A stretch of 64,000 bases of DNA from Somniosus microcephalus (lineage: Eukaryota): the NCBI GenBank assembly GCA_052327205.1, contig CM126222.1, positions 53,506,001 to 53,570,000 on the forward strand, written 5' to 3'. Positions 10,690-22,775 of this stretch are shown piece after piece. The position numbers and the translations under genes are program-made. The notes under the pieces were generated by a model that worked only from the letters and a program-made list of their open reading frames with translations, had not been told where the DNA came from and did no database searches. Every line of letters starts with the position of its first letter. The stretch's first letter is position 1.

Positions 10690-11207
10690 TTATTATTCTG
10701 CGAAATGCATGTCAGGCTGGCCAATAAAATAATGACAACAAAGCTTGAGTGCTTTGGTTGTCCAGACTATTTTCTATTCTCCACCGTGGTACAAGCACAA
10801 ATCAACATTGTTGACGGGTTATGCTATAAGGATAAAACACAAACAGGAGTGTTCCATTTGTCATTGAAATTACCAGAAAGCCATCCAGATTACACACAAG
10901 TATAAAGCAACGATTAAAAGTCTAACATTTTCACCATTAACTACTGGCAAGTAAATTGTATTAGTGGTTCATAAGATGCATACTTTAATGCAGCTTGTGT
11001 CAGAGGTCAAAGGGAGAACTGTGGAAACTAGTCTTGAAAAGGATGTGAGAGAGAGAGATGGAGATTCATAATCAAAACACTGAAATCTGCATATCTGTCA
11101 AGGTTTATTGTTGTGATTGAGAGATGTTTTAATGAGTTAAGATTTACAAGTGTCTATTCATATCAGATATTTCCAAGTATCCATGTAGCTTTTGGGATAG
11201 AGGCGAG

Positions 11208-12209
11208 TGTTATGTTCATTAATAACTAGTCGTTTTTATTAAGAACAGCTAGCTTTTGCTAGACACTTTATTGAGCACATGTGGACTAGGTACAGTATCT
11301 GTAGAGGCCTCCATCTTGACTGCTGCCTTGTGGGTAGCCTAGTGCATCGTGGGTAGCCCACTCTTATATACATACAGCACCACCTAGTGTACCATTCCAG
11401 AATGACAGGTTACTGATCATTACATCCCCCTTTCTTTGAGGTTAAACAAAATCAGTATCAATCAATATCAATCAATAACAACATAAACATCTTCAACAGT
11501 CAATACATTTTCAATGTAGTTTTCTTTGTACTCAAAGATTAAGTCTATCAGGCTTTTTTACTTCACGTGTGGATCTTCTCAGCACAGGTAAGTCTGATGT
11601 GTTTTCATGAGAGCCTGTATGTGTATTTGTGTTAGATTGTTCTGGTGGTGAGTGACAAGATTCAGTTGCGGCATTGTCATCGATTTGCTCTTCGATAGTC
11701 TCTTGTGTTTTTAGGAGGGAACGGCGGTTCCTCCTGAGAATCTGTCCTTCCTCAGTTCTAACAGTGTATGACCTTGGTCCTACTTCTTCAAGAACTGTAG
11801 CTTTCCTGTTCCATGCATCTGGATCCTCAATCCTGACAACATCATCCCTTGTCAATGGTTTCAGAGTTTTGGATGACTTGTCATAGTATGATTTCTGTTT
11901 CAGCTTTAACAGTTGAAGTCTCTGTCTCAGTTCCTTACTCTGCTTTTCTTTTGCACAGCAGGGTAGCGTGGTATGCAACTTGTGACCCATTAGGAGTTCA
12001 GCAGGTGAAGAACCAGAGTCTAAAGGTGAGGCTCGGTAGCTCAGCAGGGCGAGATAAGGATCAGACTTGCTTTCTGTCTAACGGGTAACCTGTCATTCTG
12101 GAATGGTACACTAGGTGGTGCTGTATGTATATAAGAGTGGGCTACCCACGATGCACTAGGCTACCCACAAGGCAGCAGTCAAGATGGAGGCCTCTACAGA
12201 TACTGTACC
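11208..12209 (-). mobile_element. Truncated, rearranged Gypsy: 3' LTR, PPT, integrase C-terminus and an inverted LTR segment
   Basis: LTR 11208-11424 (TGTT...TACA) is followed by a PPT (TCCCCCTTTCTTT on +). ORF 11532..11990 has GPRSYTV..RRNRR and RRSTR..KKPDRLNL. 12085-12209 is the reverse complement of 11289-11413. Confidence 0.88.
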
Positions 12210-13114
12210 AGAGTTATCTGTCAAACTTTTGTCGTCGAGACTTGATGTGTACCTTTTCATTTTTGGAACAGTATCAAAGTTTTTTTTTAAATCAAGCAAC
12301 ATTTGCTCAAAACTAGTTCCCGAGGGCTTTTCTGACTTGTATCCAATACAAATCATTTATATGTTAATAAAGCTATCGAAAGAATGTGCCCCTAGTTTTA
12401 TCTAGACCCACTGTGGTTAAACCAACTAGCCACAAAGGAAGCATGCCATTTATAACAAAATACCTAAAAGGGTCAGCTGTATGTCATACTTGATTTTAAA
12501 AAGATATCAAGTATCAGCCAGTGGATACGGAAAGTGGAACCTACCTCTTGTATAGAGACTTGGGTCCTGGTGCCTCCATGTCAAGAGGAGCAGTGAATCA
12601 TCTAATGGTTGCTAATGGTGTAAAACATGACCTGCCTGCATTCACTGATGATATTGTGATAATCCAGCTCTATATGTTTCTCTATGTTTTATTTATTTGT
12701 TAGTTGTTCACACTGATTGATTGATTTTAGGTACATAAAATTTGTCAGGAGAAATGAGCGTATTTCATATGCGTAGAGGGGCAGAATTACTGTTGGTTAT
12801 TACAGAATTACAAGCTGTTGTCAGTCTATTTTTAGTGGCAAGGTTCAAGTGAAATGATTTCTTCCTTCAGCTTGTTTCATCTCTTCCCTTGCAGAATACC
12901 AAATCTAACGTCCTTTTATTTTAGTTTTGCCATTCACCTGAACAGGAAGATAGGAAATCTGTTTAAATGTCACATCTAATGGATAGATTATTAGAGGAGA
13001 CCGTCTCCACAGATGTATGCTACAAAAATTACAGAAAAAAAGCACAGTTCCATTAAACTCAATTATTGGTAGCTGAACTGTGTTTTCCTGTTTCTACCCT
13101 AGAAGTGTACCAAA

Positions 13115-14746
13115 GGCCCAGATTTTGCGGTCAGCGGCGAACGAACGGCGCTCAGCGCTCATTACGCTTACGGCTGCCCACAGACTTTTAGGGGGCTTTT
13201 GCACAGCAACATATGGTTATCGGGAGTCTGAAACAGCGCAGCGCCCTCTACAGGGGATCTGGGACCTGTGTGAACAGGGCAAGCAACAGCGTGTGTCTTC
13301 CTCCAATCAGATTGAAGAATCCTTACTGAGACATGGGGCTGGATTTTCCAAGCCCCGAGGAGGCAGGCATGGAGGCGGGACTGCCGGTAAAGTAGCAGAA
13401 AGTGGGGGCAGATGGCAAACCCACCCCCATCCCGCCTCCGTGCCTTTTTCCAGGAGATGGGAAGATGTGCTGCTTCGGGTCCCATCTCCTGGAGACGGGA
13501 AAGGCATTAAATACTTTTAACTGCCTGTTAACAGGTAGTTAACAGGCAGAAAAATGGATTAGTGCCATTTTACCTTCACAGGTGAAGGCTTCCCGACCTC
13601 GGAGAACCCAGTTGGGTTGGAGGAGACGTGAAGGAGGTCTGCGGCGGTCGGAGACACCTGGAAGTAAGATGTAGAGGTGAGTGATGAGTGCAAGTGTGGA
13701 GTGGTAAGTATGTAAGGTGAGTGATAAGTGTAAAAAAATGTCCACTTACCTTGTTTTCTTCCTACAGCCTTCATCCTCTCTGGATCAGGAGACCCGACAT
13801 CCTCGTTGTTGATTTCACAGACTGGCTGTTGGATCCTCCGAACCAACAGCCATCTGAAATCGACAAAGTTGAAAGGTTTGATGAGTCCTGAACACAAGGA
13901 CTCATCAAGCTACAGAGAATGTCAGTTTTTGACAGCTTCACAGAGCTGTCAAACACTGACATTTCTTCTTCCAAGATGTCTTGACAGATAGCACGTCTGA
14001 CATTGATGTGCTCTGTCAGTGACTTCCTCCCTAATTGGCCTGCTGAGCCCACGAGGCGGGCTTAACAAGGTCAATCAGGGGGAAATCCCTCTGGTTGGTC
14101 AGATGAGGATGGAGGCGGGACATTGACACAATAAGCAGCAGTCCCACCTTCAACTGGTCTCCACTGAGAAAATCCAGCCCATGCAGAGTGTAAACCAGGA
14201 AGTGTAAGTTAGAATATTTAATTCAATCTAAAATCATGCACAGAAAGTGAAATAAAGAGAGGGAAAGAAAGACTGGATTAAGAGAGAGGGTTAAAAGAGA
14301 CAGAAAGGAAAAGTAAAAAAACAAATTTTATTTTAATTTAAAAAAAATCTCCAACAATAATTAAAATCTGAAGGAATGAGATCCACACTTGTAAAAGTAA
14401 TTTTTCAGTGCCAGAGAGGTTGTTTGGCAGTAATTAAAACTTATCACGCTGTTAAAAATCCACTTACACTTGAATGGACAAGCTCTAACTTTTTCTGTCA
14501 TGTTTAGTGGGTATCTCGTGGGTAAGTACCGCAACTTCACGCCCTTCATGTATTTGGATGCCGAGTCTATCGCCGAGGTACCAGTGTAGGGAAGCTTGTG
14601 CAGCAGCAGGTCAACTTGGATAGCAACTCCTTGATTTCCGCATTTAACAGCACATGTGTGGACAATGGAGTTTGCTGTCCGATTTACTCCTTAATAACGG
14701 TGAGTGCCGATAGCCTCACCATTGTTCCTACTGCAAAATCTGAGCC
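13115..14746. mobile_element. Non-autonomous Harbinger-like TIR element (MITE) containing a nested MITE
   Basis: TIRs GGCCCAGATTTTGCGGT / ACTGCAAAATCTGAGCC. Absent from the equivalent site in duplicates B (~15498) and C (~19861). Confidence 0.8.
13336..14180. mobile_element. Nested MITE (family M2) with internal hairpins
   Basis: TIR GGGCTGGATTTTC / GAAAATCCAGCCC and 3-bp TSD ATG. Reverse-orientation homologue at 21244-22775. Confidence 0.85.
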
Positions 14747-16179
14747 ATTGTGTTGCCTGTGTCAGAGGTCAGTAGGGGGGGCCAAGGAAGAGAGAAAGAA
14801 AAGGTTTACAAGCAATTAGAAACATTATTATGTCATTCTTGTTGAAATTAAGAGATATGTAGACATTAGCATTGGTCCACAGGCTTCTCTTCTTCCTGTA
14901 GATATTTCCTAGTGTCAACAGTAGGAGTCAATATCAAAGTATAAACTTCCAAGAACCTTCATCATAGTTTTATCTGGAATAAATACAATGGCCTAGACAT
15001 ATGTTGACACCACACCTGTTTTACAGGCATAAAATGGGGGCCTAAGCACACAATATGGCGGGTGGCATGCGAGTGCACATTCTGCACCAAAAGTGCGTCA
15101 CCTACCATATTGTTAAAGGCTGAAGTGTAGGAGTCCAGGGCCTCTGCCTATCGTCTATTTCAGGATCCCTCCTCAACATTGGGCTGTTGGTTAATACAGA
15201 ATTACAGACTGTTGTCACAGTCTATTTTTAATTGAATAGGTTCAAATGAAATGATTTCTTCCTTCAGCTTGTTTGATCTCGTCCCTTGCAGAATACCAAA
15301 CCTAAAGTCTTTTTATTTTAGCTTTGCGAACAAGAAGATAGGAAATCTGTTTAAATGTCACATCCAATGGACAGATTATCAGAGGAGATTGTCTCCATAG
15401 AGATATACTACAAAAATTACAGAAATAGCACAGTTCCATTAAACTCAATTATTGGTAGCTGAACTGTATTGTCCTGATTCTATCCTAGAAGTGTACTATA
15501 GTGTTGCCTGTGTCAGAGGTCAGTAGGGAGCACCGAGGAGGAGAGGGAGAGGTTTACAAGCAATTTGGAACATCAGTAAGTCATTCTTGTTGGAATAAAG
15601 AGATATATATGTGTTGGTTCAGAAGCTTCTCTTCTTTCTGTTGATATTTTCTAGTGCCAACAGTAGGAGACAATATCAAAGCGTAAACTTCCAAGAACCT
15701 TCATCATAGTTTTATCTGGAATAAATACAATGACCTAGATATTTGCTGACACCACATCAGTTTCAGGCATAAAACAGGCGCCTAAGCACCCAATATGGTG
15801 GGTGGCACATTCTGCACCAGAAGTGCGTCACCTATTATATTGTTAAAGGCTGAAGTGTAGGAGTCCAGGACCTGTGCCTGAATAGGCCTATCGTCTATTT
15901 CAGGACCCCTCCTCAACATTGGGCTGCCTTGAACACAGCTGGCACCTGGGCTCCTGCGTTCAGGATGACCACGTCTACATGCAGCCTAACCAGTGGTCCC
16001 TAAAGTTTAACAAAATACTTACCTGAATGTGGAGCCAGGAGGAGCAGGAGCTTTGAAACTGATATACATCAGTGCTCACAGTTGAAATGGGGAGATGTCT
16101 CACACCACATATAGTACAGGGAGACTAAATGGATGGGAGACAAGAGGCAAGACTGAGGACAGAGATCATGGATCAAGAT

Positions 16180-17025
16180 GTTGTTTTTTTTATTAGTTCG
16201 TCGGATATGGGCATCGCTGGCAAGGCCAGCATTTATTGCCCATTCCTAATTGCCCTTGAGAAGGTAGTGGTGGTGAGCAGTCTTCTTGAACCACTGCAGT
16301 CTGTGCGGTGAAGGTACTCCCACAGTGCTGTTAGGGAGGGAGTTCCAGGATTTTGACCCAGCAGCGATATACTTCCAGGTCAGGATGGTGTGTGACTTGG
16401 AGGGGAATTTGGAGGTGTTCCCATGCACCTGCTGCCCTTGTCCTTCTAGGTGGTAGTGGTCACGGGTTTGGGAGGTGCTGCCGAAGAAGCCTTGGTGAGT
16501 TGCTGCAGTGCATCTTGTAGATGGTACACACTGCAGCCACGGTACGCCGGTGGTTGAGGGAATGGATGTTTAAGGTGGTGGATGTGGTGCCAATCAAACG
16601 GGCTGCTTTGTCCTGAATGGTGTCAAGCTTCTTGAGTGTTGTTGGAGCTGCACTCATCCAGGCAAGTGGAGAGTATTCCATCACACTCCTTACTTGTACC
16701 TTGTAGATGGTGGAAAGAATTTGGGGAGTCAGCAGGTGAGACACTCGCCACAGAACACCTAGCCTCTGACCTGCTCTTGTTGCCACAGTATTTATGTGGT
16801 TGGTCCAGTTAAGTGTCTGGTCAATGGTGACCCCCAGGATGTTTTTGGTGGGAGGATTCGGCGATGGTAATGCAGTTGAATGTCAAGGGCCGGTGGTTGG
16901 ACTCTCGCTTATTGGAGATAGTCACTGCCTGGCACTTCTGTGGTGCGAATGTTACCTGTCACTTATCAGGCCAAGCCTGAATGTCATCCAGGTCTTGTTG
17001 CATGCGGGCATGGACTGCTTCATTA
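16180..17025 (-). mobile_element. LINE 3' fragment (CR1/L2-group)
   Basis: ORF 16460..16786 RAGQRLGVL..IYKVQVRSVMEYSPLAW, a typical non-LTR ORF2 C-terminal region. Confidence 0.85.
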
Positions 17026-17454
17026 TCTTTAAGGCTGTACTGCAGAAATGTCACTCAACCAAGAGGAATTTGAAATTATAGGAGGTTTTGGCTAAGTAAA
17101 CTGGCAAAATATATTACAACAGTGACTGCACTTGAAAAGTACTTCATTGATTTGAAAGCACTTTGGGACATCCTGAGGTTGTGAAAAGTGCTATATAAAT
17201 CCAGGTTCTTTCTTCTTTTTCCTTTATTGGATCAAAAATGGCGCTGAGAAATATTGTACACGAATTTCCCCCCCGCCATACCCCTGCTTCTTATTGGGAA
17301 ATCCATTTCCATGGCTTACTTCTCTCAGGTGGTCTCCATCACTCTTTTTTCTGGTTAAATACCTAAAAGGGTCAGCTGTACATCATATTTGATTTTAAAA
17401 AGATAATGAGTATCAGCCACTGGACACAGAAAGTGTAACCTACTTGTAGAGAGA

Positions 17455-19120
17455 AATAAAAACAGAAAATGCTGGAAATACTCAGCGGGTCAGGCAGCAT
17501 CTGTGGAGAGAGAAACACATTTACGGTTTCAGTTCGATGACCTTTCATCAGCACAGGAAAAAGTTAGAGATGTAACAGATTTTAAGCAAGTACAGAAGCA
17601 GGGAAAGGAGAAGGAGGGGAGGAATGAACAAAAGTTAAGGTCTGTGATAGGGTGGAAGGCAGGAGATATTAAAAGACAAAAGCGATGAAGGTGTAAAGCA
17701 AAAACGGATGGTAATGGGACAAGTAAAGAAACAAAAGATGTGCCTGGAGGAGGTGTAAATGGCAACAGCAGGATCATCAACAGCTGCTGTCCAAAAGAAA
17801 GGAACGGTGGCTATGGTCTGAAATTGTTAAACTCAGTGTTGAGTCAAGGAGGCTGTAAAGTGCCTAATCGATAGATGAGCTGCTATGCCTTCAGCTTCAT
17901 TGGATCAGTGTAGGAGGCCCGAGGACAGAGAGGTCAGAGTGCAAGTGGTCCAGAGAATTAAAATGACAGGCAACCAGAACATCTGCGGAACACCTCCGTT
18001 CAGTCCATAACCAGGGTCATGGTTATGGACTGAACGGGGGTGTTCCGCAGAGCGATCACCCAATCTGTGTTTGGTCTCCCAATGTAGAGGAGACCGCATC
18101 GTGAGCAGTGAATGCAGTATACTAAATTGCAAGAAGTACAAGTAAATCACTGTTTCACTTGGAAGGAGTGTTTGGGGCCCTGGATGGTGGGAAGGGAGGA
18201 GGTAAAAGGGCAGGTGTTGTATCTCCTGCGCTTGCATGGGAAGGTGCCGTTGGAAGGGGAGGGAGTGTTGGGGGTGATAGAGGAGTGGACCAGGGTGTTG
18301 CGGAGGGAGCGGTTCTTTCGGAATGCTGAAAGGGGAGGGGAAGATGTGTTTGGCGGTGGAATCACGCTGGAGGTGGCAGAAATGGCGGAGGATGATCCGT
18401 TGAATGTGCAGGCTGCTGGGGTGGAAGGTGAGGACAAGGGGAACCCTATCGTGTTTCTGGGAGGGAGGAGAAGGGGTGAGAGCAGAAGTGTGAGAATTGG
18501 GATGGGCACGGCCGAGGGCTGTGTCAACCACAGTGATGGGGAACCCTCGGCTGAGGAAAAAGGAAGACACATCGGAAGCACTGGTATGGAAGGTGGCATC
18601 GTCAGAACAGATGCGACAGAAACAGAGAAACTGGGAGAATGGATTAGAATCCTTACAGGAAGCAGGGTGGGAGGAAGTGTAGTCATGGTATTTTGGGGAA
18701 TCGTTGGGCTTATAGTAGATATTGGCCGACAGCCTATCCCCAGAAATGGCGATAGAGAAGTCGAGGAAGGTTAGGGCAGAGTTGAAGATGGACCACGTGA
18801 AGGCGAGGGAAGGGTGGAAATTGGAAGCTAAGTTGATGAAATTTTCCAGTTTGGGGCAAGAGCAGGAAATGCACCAACACAATCATCAATGTACTAGATA
18901 AAGAGATGAGGAATAGGACATGAGTATAGAATCATAGAAATTGACGGCACAGGAGGAGGCCATTTGACCCATCGTGTCTGTGCCGGCTGAGTAGGACTGG
19001 AATAAAAAATGTTCCACATATCCCATGAAAAGGCGGCATAGCTAGGACCTATACAGGTTCCCATAGCAACAATTTTTATTTGGAGGAAGTGAGAGGAGTT
19101 AAAGTAGAATTTGTTCAATA
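17455..19120 (-). mobile_element. Penelope-like element, 5'-truncated and degraded (RT C-terminus, GIY-YIG region, pseudo-LTR)
   Basis: AMGTCIGPSYA, YIDD (~18885), FLDFSI, IYYKP..Y..Y.SSHP..CK.S.PFSQFL..RICSD, RVPLVLTFHP and ETK.RLGDR.AEH motifs. Absent from duplicate A (~12555). Confidence 0.88.
17505..17560 (-). ncRNA. Minimal hammerhead ribozyme motif in the Penelope pseudo-LTR
   Basis: The - strand reads CTGATGA-AAGGTCATCGAACT-GAAAC-CGTAAATGT-GTTTC: CUGANGA box, stem II, GAAA, stem III and UH site. Penelope pLTR hammerheads are established. Stems are imperfect in this copy. Confidence 0.7.
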
Positions 19121-20769
19121 TAAGAGATTTGAATCCTGGTGCCTCCATGTCAAGAGGAGCAGTGAATCATCTAATGGTAGTTAATGATGTAAAACATGAC
19201 CTGCTTGCATTCACTGATGATACTGTGATAATCCAGCTCAGCTTCATTATTGTATAACACCACCCGGCCATCCTGTAAAGTTTCAGATTGTTGAATTCTC
19301 CGTAAGACAATCTCTTCACAAAAGGACAATCTCTTCACAAAAGGACATTTACATTGAGATCATTTAAGGACTGTTACTTAATATCTCTGAGTGTTCTGTT
19401 GGATAAAGAGATGAGGGATAGGACATGAGTATATGTTTCTTGATGCTTTGTTTATTTGTTAGTTGTTCACATCGAATGATTTATTTTAGGTGCATAAAAT
19501 GTCAGGAGAAATGAGTGTATTTCATATGCGTAGAGAGGGAGAATTACTGTTGGTTAATACAGAATTACAGATTATTGTCTCAGTCTATTTTTAATTGAAT
19601 AGGTTCAAGTGAAATGATTTCTTCCTTCAGCTTGTTTGATCTCGTCCCTTGTAGAATACCAAACCTAAAGTCTTTTTATTTTAGCTTTGCGAACAAGAAG
19701 ATAGGAAATCTGTTTAAATGTCACATCCAATGGACAGATTATCAGAGGAGATTGTCTCCATAGAGATATACTACAAAAATTACAGAAATAGCACAGTTCC
19801 ATTAAACTCAATTACTGGTAGCTGAACTGTGTTTTCCTGATTCTATCCTAGAAGTGTACAATAGTGTTGCCTGTGTCAGAGGTCAGTAGGGAGCACCGAG
19901 GAGGAGAGGGAGAGGTTTACAAGCAATTTGGAACATCAGTAAGTCATTCTTGTTGGAATAAAGAGATATGTATGTGTTGGTTCACAAGCTTCTCTTCTTT
20001 CTGTTGATATTTTCTAGTGCCAACAGTAAGAGACAATATCAAAGCGTAAACTTCCAAGAACCTTCATCATAGTTTTATCTGGAATAAATACAATGGCCTA
20101 GACATTTGCTGACACCACACCAGTTTCAGGCGTAAAACAGGCACCTAAGCACCCAATATGGTGGGTGGCACATTCTGCACCGGAAGTGCGTCACCTATTA
20201 TATTGTTAAAGGCTGAAGTGTAGGAGTCCAGGACCTGTGCCTGAATAGGCCTATCGTCTATTTCAGGACCCCTCCTCAACATTGGGCTGCCTTGAACACA
20301 GCTGTCACCTGGGCTCCTGCGTTCAGGATGACCACGTCTACAGGCAGCCTAACCAGTGGTCCCTAAAGTTTAACAAAATACTTACCTGAATGTGGAGCCA
20401 GGAGGAGCAGGAGTTTTGAGGCTGATATACATCCGTGCTCACATTTGAAATGGGGCGGTGTCTCACGCCACATATAATACAGGGAGGCTGAATGGATGGG
20501 AGACAGGGGGTAAGGCGGAGGACAGCGATCAAAGTGTAACAAATAGTGCCAAAACTAGCACCAAAGATACAGCTAGCTCTAACCAAATCAATTATTTATG
20601 TGTTCAACTGTAGAATCTGCTGCCTTAGGAAACAAAACATTGACAAATCTTGGAAAAATCTGGAATTTCTGAAAGGAATGATGCTAAACTCTACCATTAC
20701 AAGTCAGAACATTTGGCAAATATTAACACATCAAATCAGTGGTGTTGCTCATGCCAGAAAGTCAAAAAG

Positions 20770-21005
20770 CACTTCTTCACACAAAGGGAAATCTGAAATT
20801 TTCTTCCCCAAAAAGCTGTTGAGGCTGGGGGTCAATTGAAAATGTCAAAACTGAGATGGATAAACTTTTGTTAGGCAAGAGTATTAAAGGCTGTGGAACT
20901 AAGGCAGGGAAATGGAGTTAAGATACAGATCAGCCATTATCTAACTAATGGCGGAGCCGTGCCAAAGGGGCTGAATGATTTACTCCTGTTCTTATGTTCC
21001 TTCCT
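20770..21005 (+). mobile_element. Degraded CR1 3' end
   Basis: GATCAGCCATTATCTAACTAATGGCGGAGC..AAGGGGCTGAATG..TACTCCTGTTCTTATGTTCC tail. Confidence 0.7.
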
Positions 21006-21243
21006 ATGTAAATATGAAAATGGAACAGTGAAGGGAAAAGCACAATACACTCAAGATGGTTATGTTATGAAAGCAGCATTACAGTATGTACCAGAATGCT
21101 GATCAGGCGTTCTTGGGTGCCACCTTAAAAACCGCAGGCCTAGAAATTAGTCTCAGGTGGTGGCGGCCAAGCGGGCGGTATCAGATCGGCCGCCCGTTAT
21201 ACGCAGTGCCTGATATTCTGTTCCACTGACTGCAATAGACTGA

Positions 21244-22775
21244 GGGGGCGATTTTTTTTTTTTATTCATTGATGGGATGTGGGCGTCGCTGGCTGGCTAG
21301 GCCTGCATTTAGTGCCCATCCCTAATTGCACTTGAGAAGATGGTGGTGAGCCGCCTTCTTGAACCGCTGCAGTCCATATGGTGTAGGTACACCCACAATG
21401 CTGTTAGGAAGGGAGTTCCAGGATTTTGGCCCAGCGACAGTGAAGGAACAGCGATACAGGTCCAAGTCAGGATGGTGTGTGTGGCTTGGAGGGGAACTTG
21501 TAGGTGGTGATGTTCCCATGCGTCTGCTGCACTTGTCCTTCTAAGTGGTAGAGGTCGCGGGTTTGGAAGGTGCTGTTGAAGGAGCTTTGGCGAGTTGCTG
21601 CAGTGCATCTTGTAGATGGTACACACTGCAGCCACAGTGCGCCGGTGGTGGAGGGAGTGAATGTTAAAGGTGGTGGATGGAGTGCCAATCAAGCGGGCTG
21701 CTTTATCCTGAATGGTGTCGAGCTTCTTGAGTGTTGTTGGAGCTGCACTCATCCAGGCAAGTGGAGAGTATTCCATCACACTCCTGACTTGTGCCTTGTA
21801 GATGGTGGAAAGGCTTTGGGGAGTCAGGAGGTGAGACACTCGCCGCAGAATTCCCAGCCTCTGGCCTGCTCTTGTAGCCACAGTATTTATATGGCTGGTC
21901 CAGTTCAGTTTCTGACCAATGGTAACCCCCAGGATGTTGATTTTGTCAATGGGGGCGCGTTGGAGGCGGGACTGCTGCTTGTTGGGTTTCAGTCCCGCCT
22001 CCATCGACTTGCGGCCAACCCATGCTATTTTCCATTGTTTGACCTTGGTAAGCTCGCAGCGGGCTTAGGAGGACAATTAAGGGGAAGCCGGTTACAGAGA
22101 ACGTCAGCGTTTGACGTTTCATCTGTCAAAAAATTTTGACAGATGAATTGTCATCGTTTGACAGCTCTGTGAAGCTGTCAAACACTGACATTCTCTGTTG
22201 TTTGATGAGTTCTTGTATTTAAGACTCATCAAACCTACTTTTTGAGCAGAAATTAGATGGTTGTTGCATCAGAGAATGAAGCAGCCATCTGTCATCTCTG
22301 CCGGTGAGATGCGAGACTCTCCACATCCCCAACTGTTGAAGCCTGCAGGAAGAAACAAAGGGAAGTAAACATTTTCTATCACTTTCCACTCACCTCACAT
22401 ACTCGCCTCTCCACACTTGCACCCATCACTCACCTCCACAGCGCACTTTTGCACCCCGCAGACACCCGCAGACCCACTGCTCACCTCACTGACCCTGGCG
22501 GGGTTTCCCAACGTCGGGATGCCCGCGCCTCAGGTGGAAAAATGGGAATAATCCTCTTAACTGCTTGTTAACTACCTGTTAACAGGCAGTTAAGTGGCTG
22601 TAATCCCCTTCCCGCCTCCAGGAGATGAGACCTGGCGCGGGTCGGCTACCCACCTCCTGGGAAGATGGCACAGAGGCAGGTTGGGGGCAGGATGGGTACC
22701 CACCCCCAGATTCTGCCATTTTCCCGGCAATCCCGCCTCCAAACCTACCTCCCCAGGGCTGGTAAGATCGCGCCC
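21244..22775. mobile_element. Nested MITE (family M2)
   Basis: TIR GGGGGCGATTTT / AAGATCGCGCCC and TSD TGA. Internal hairpins TTTGACAGCTCTGTGAAGCTGTCAAA and TTTGATGAGT..ACTCATCAAA are shared with 13336-14180. Confidence 0.8.
21255..21938 (-). mobile_element. LINE 3' fragment inserted at the MITE TIR
   Basis: ORF 21309..22004 ILGVTIGQKLNWTSHI..IYKAQVRSVMEYSPLAW. GATTTT flanks both sides. Confidence 0.88.

Larger units (their letters stand above)
12413..20530 (+). repeat. Local three-copy duplication: A ~12413-15186, B ~15184-16150, C ~17352-20530
   Basis: Shared blocks: TACCTAAAAGGGTCAGCTGT (12460, 17360); CCTGGTGCCTCCATGTCAAGAGGAGCAG (12566, 19135); AGAAGATAGGAAATCTGTTTAAATGTCACATC (~12947, 15333, 19696); AAAGGCTGAAGTGTAGGAGTCCAGG (~15115, 15845, 20208). 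The unit includes possible decayed RT motifs (FDFKK, LAFTDD). Confidence 0.9.

Noticed and set aside
13875-13910. Hammerhead ribozyme (TGATGAGTCC...GGAC)
   Set aside because: No GAAA after the stem and no CUGA start; it is a simple palindrome.
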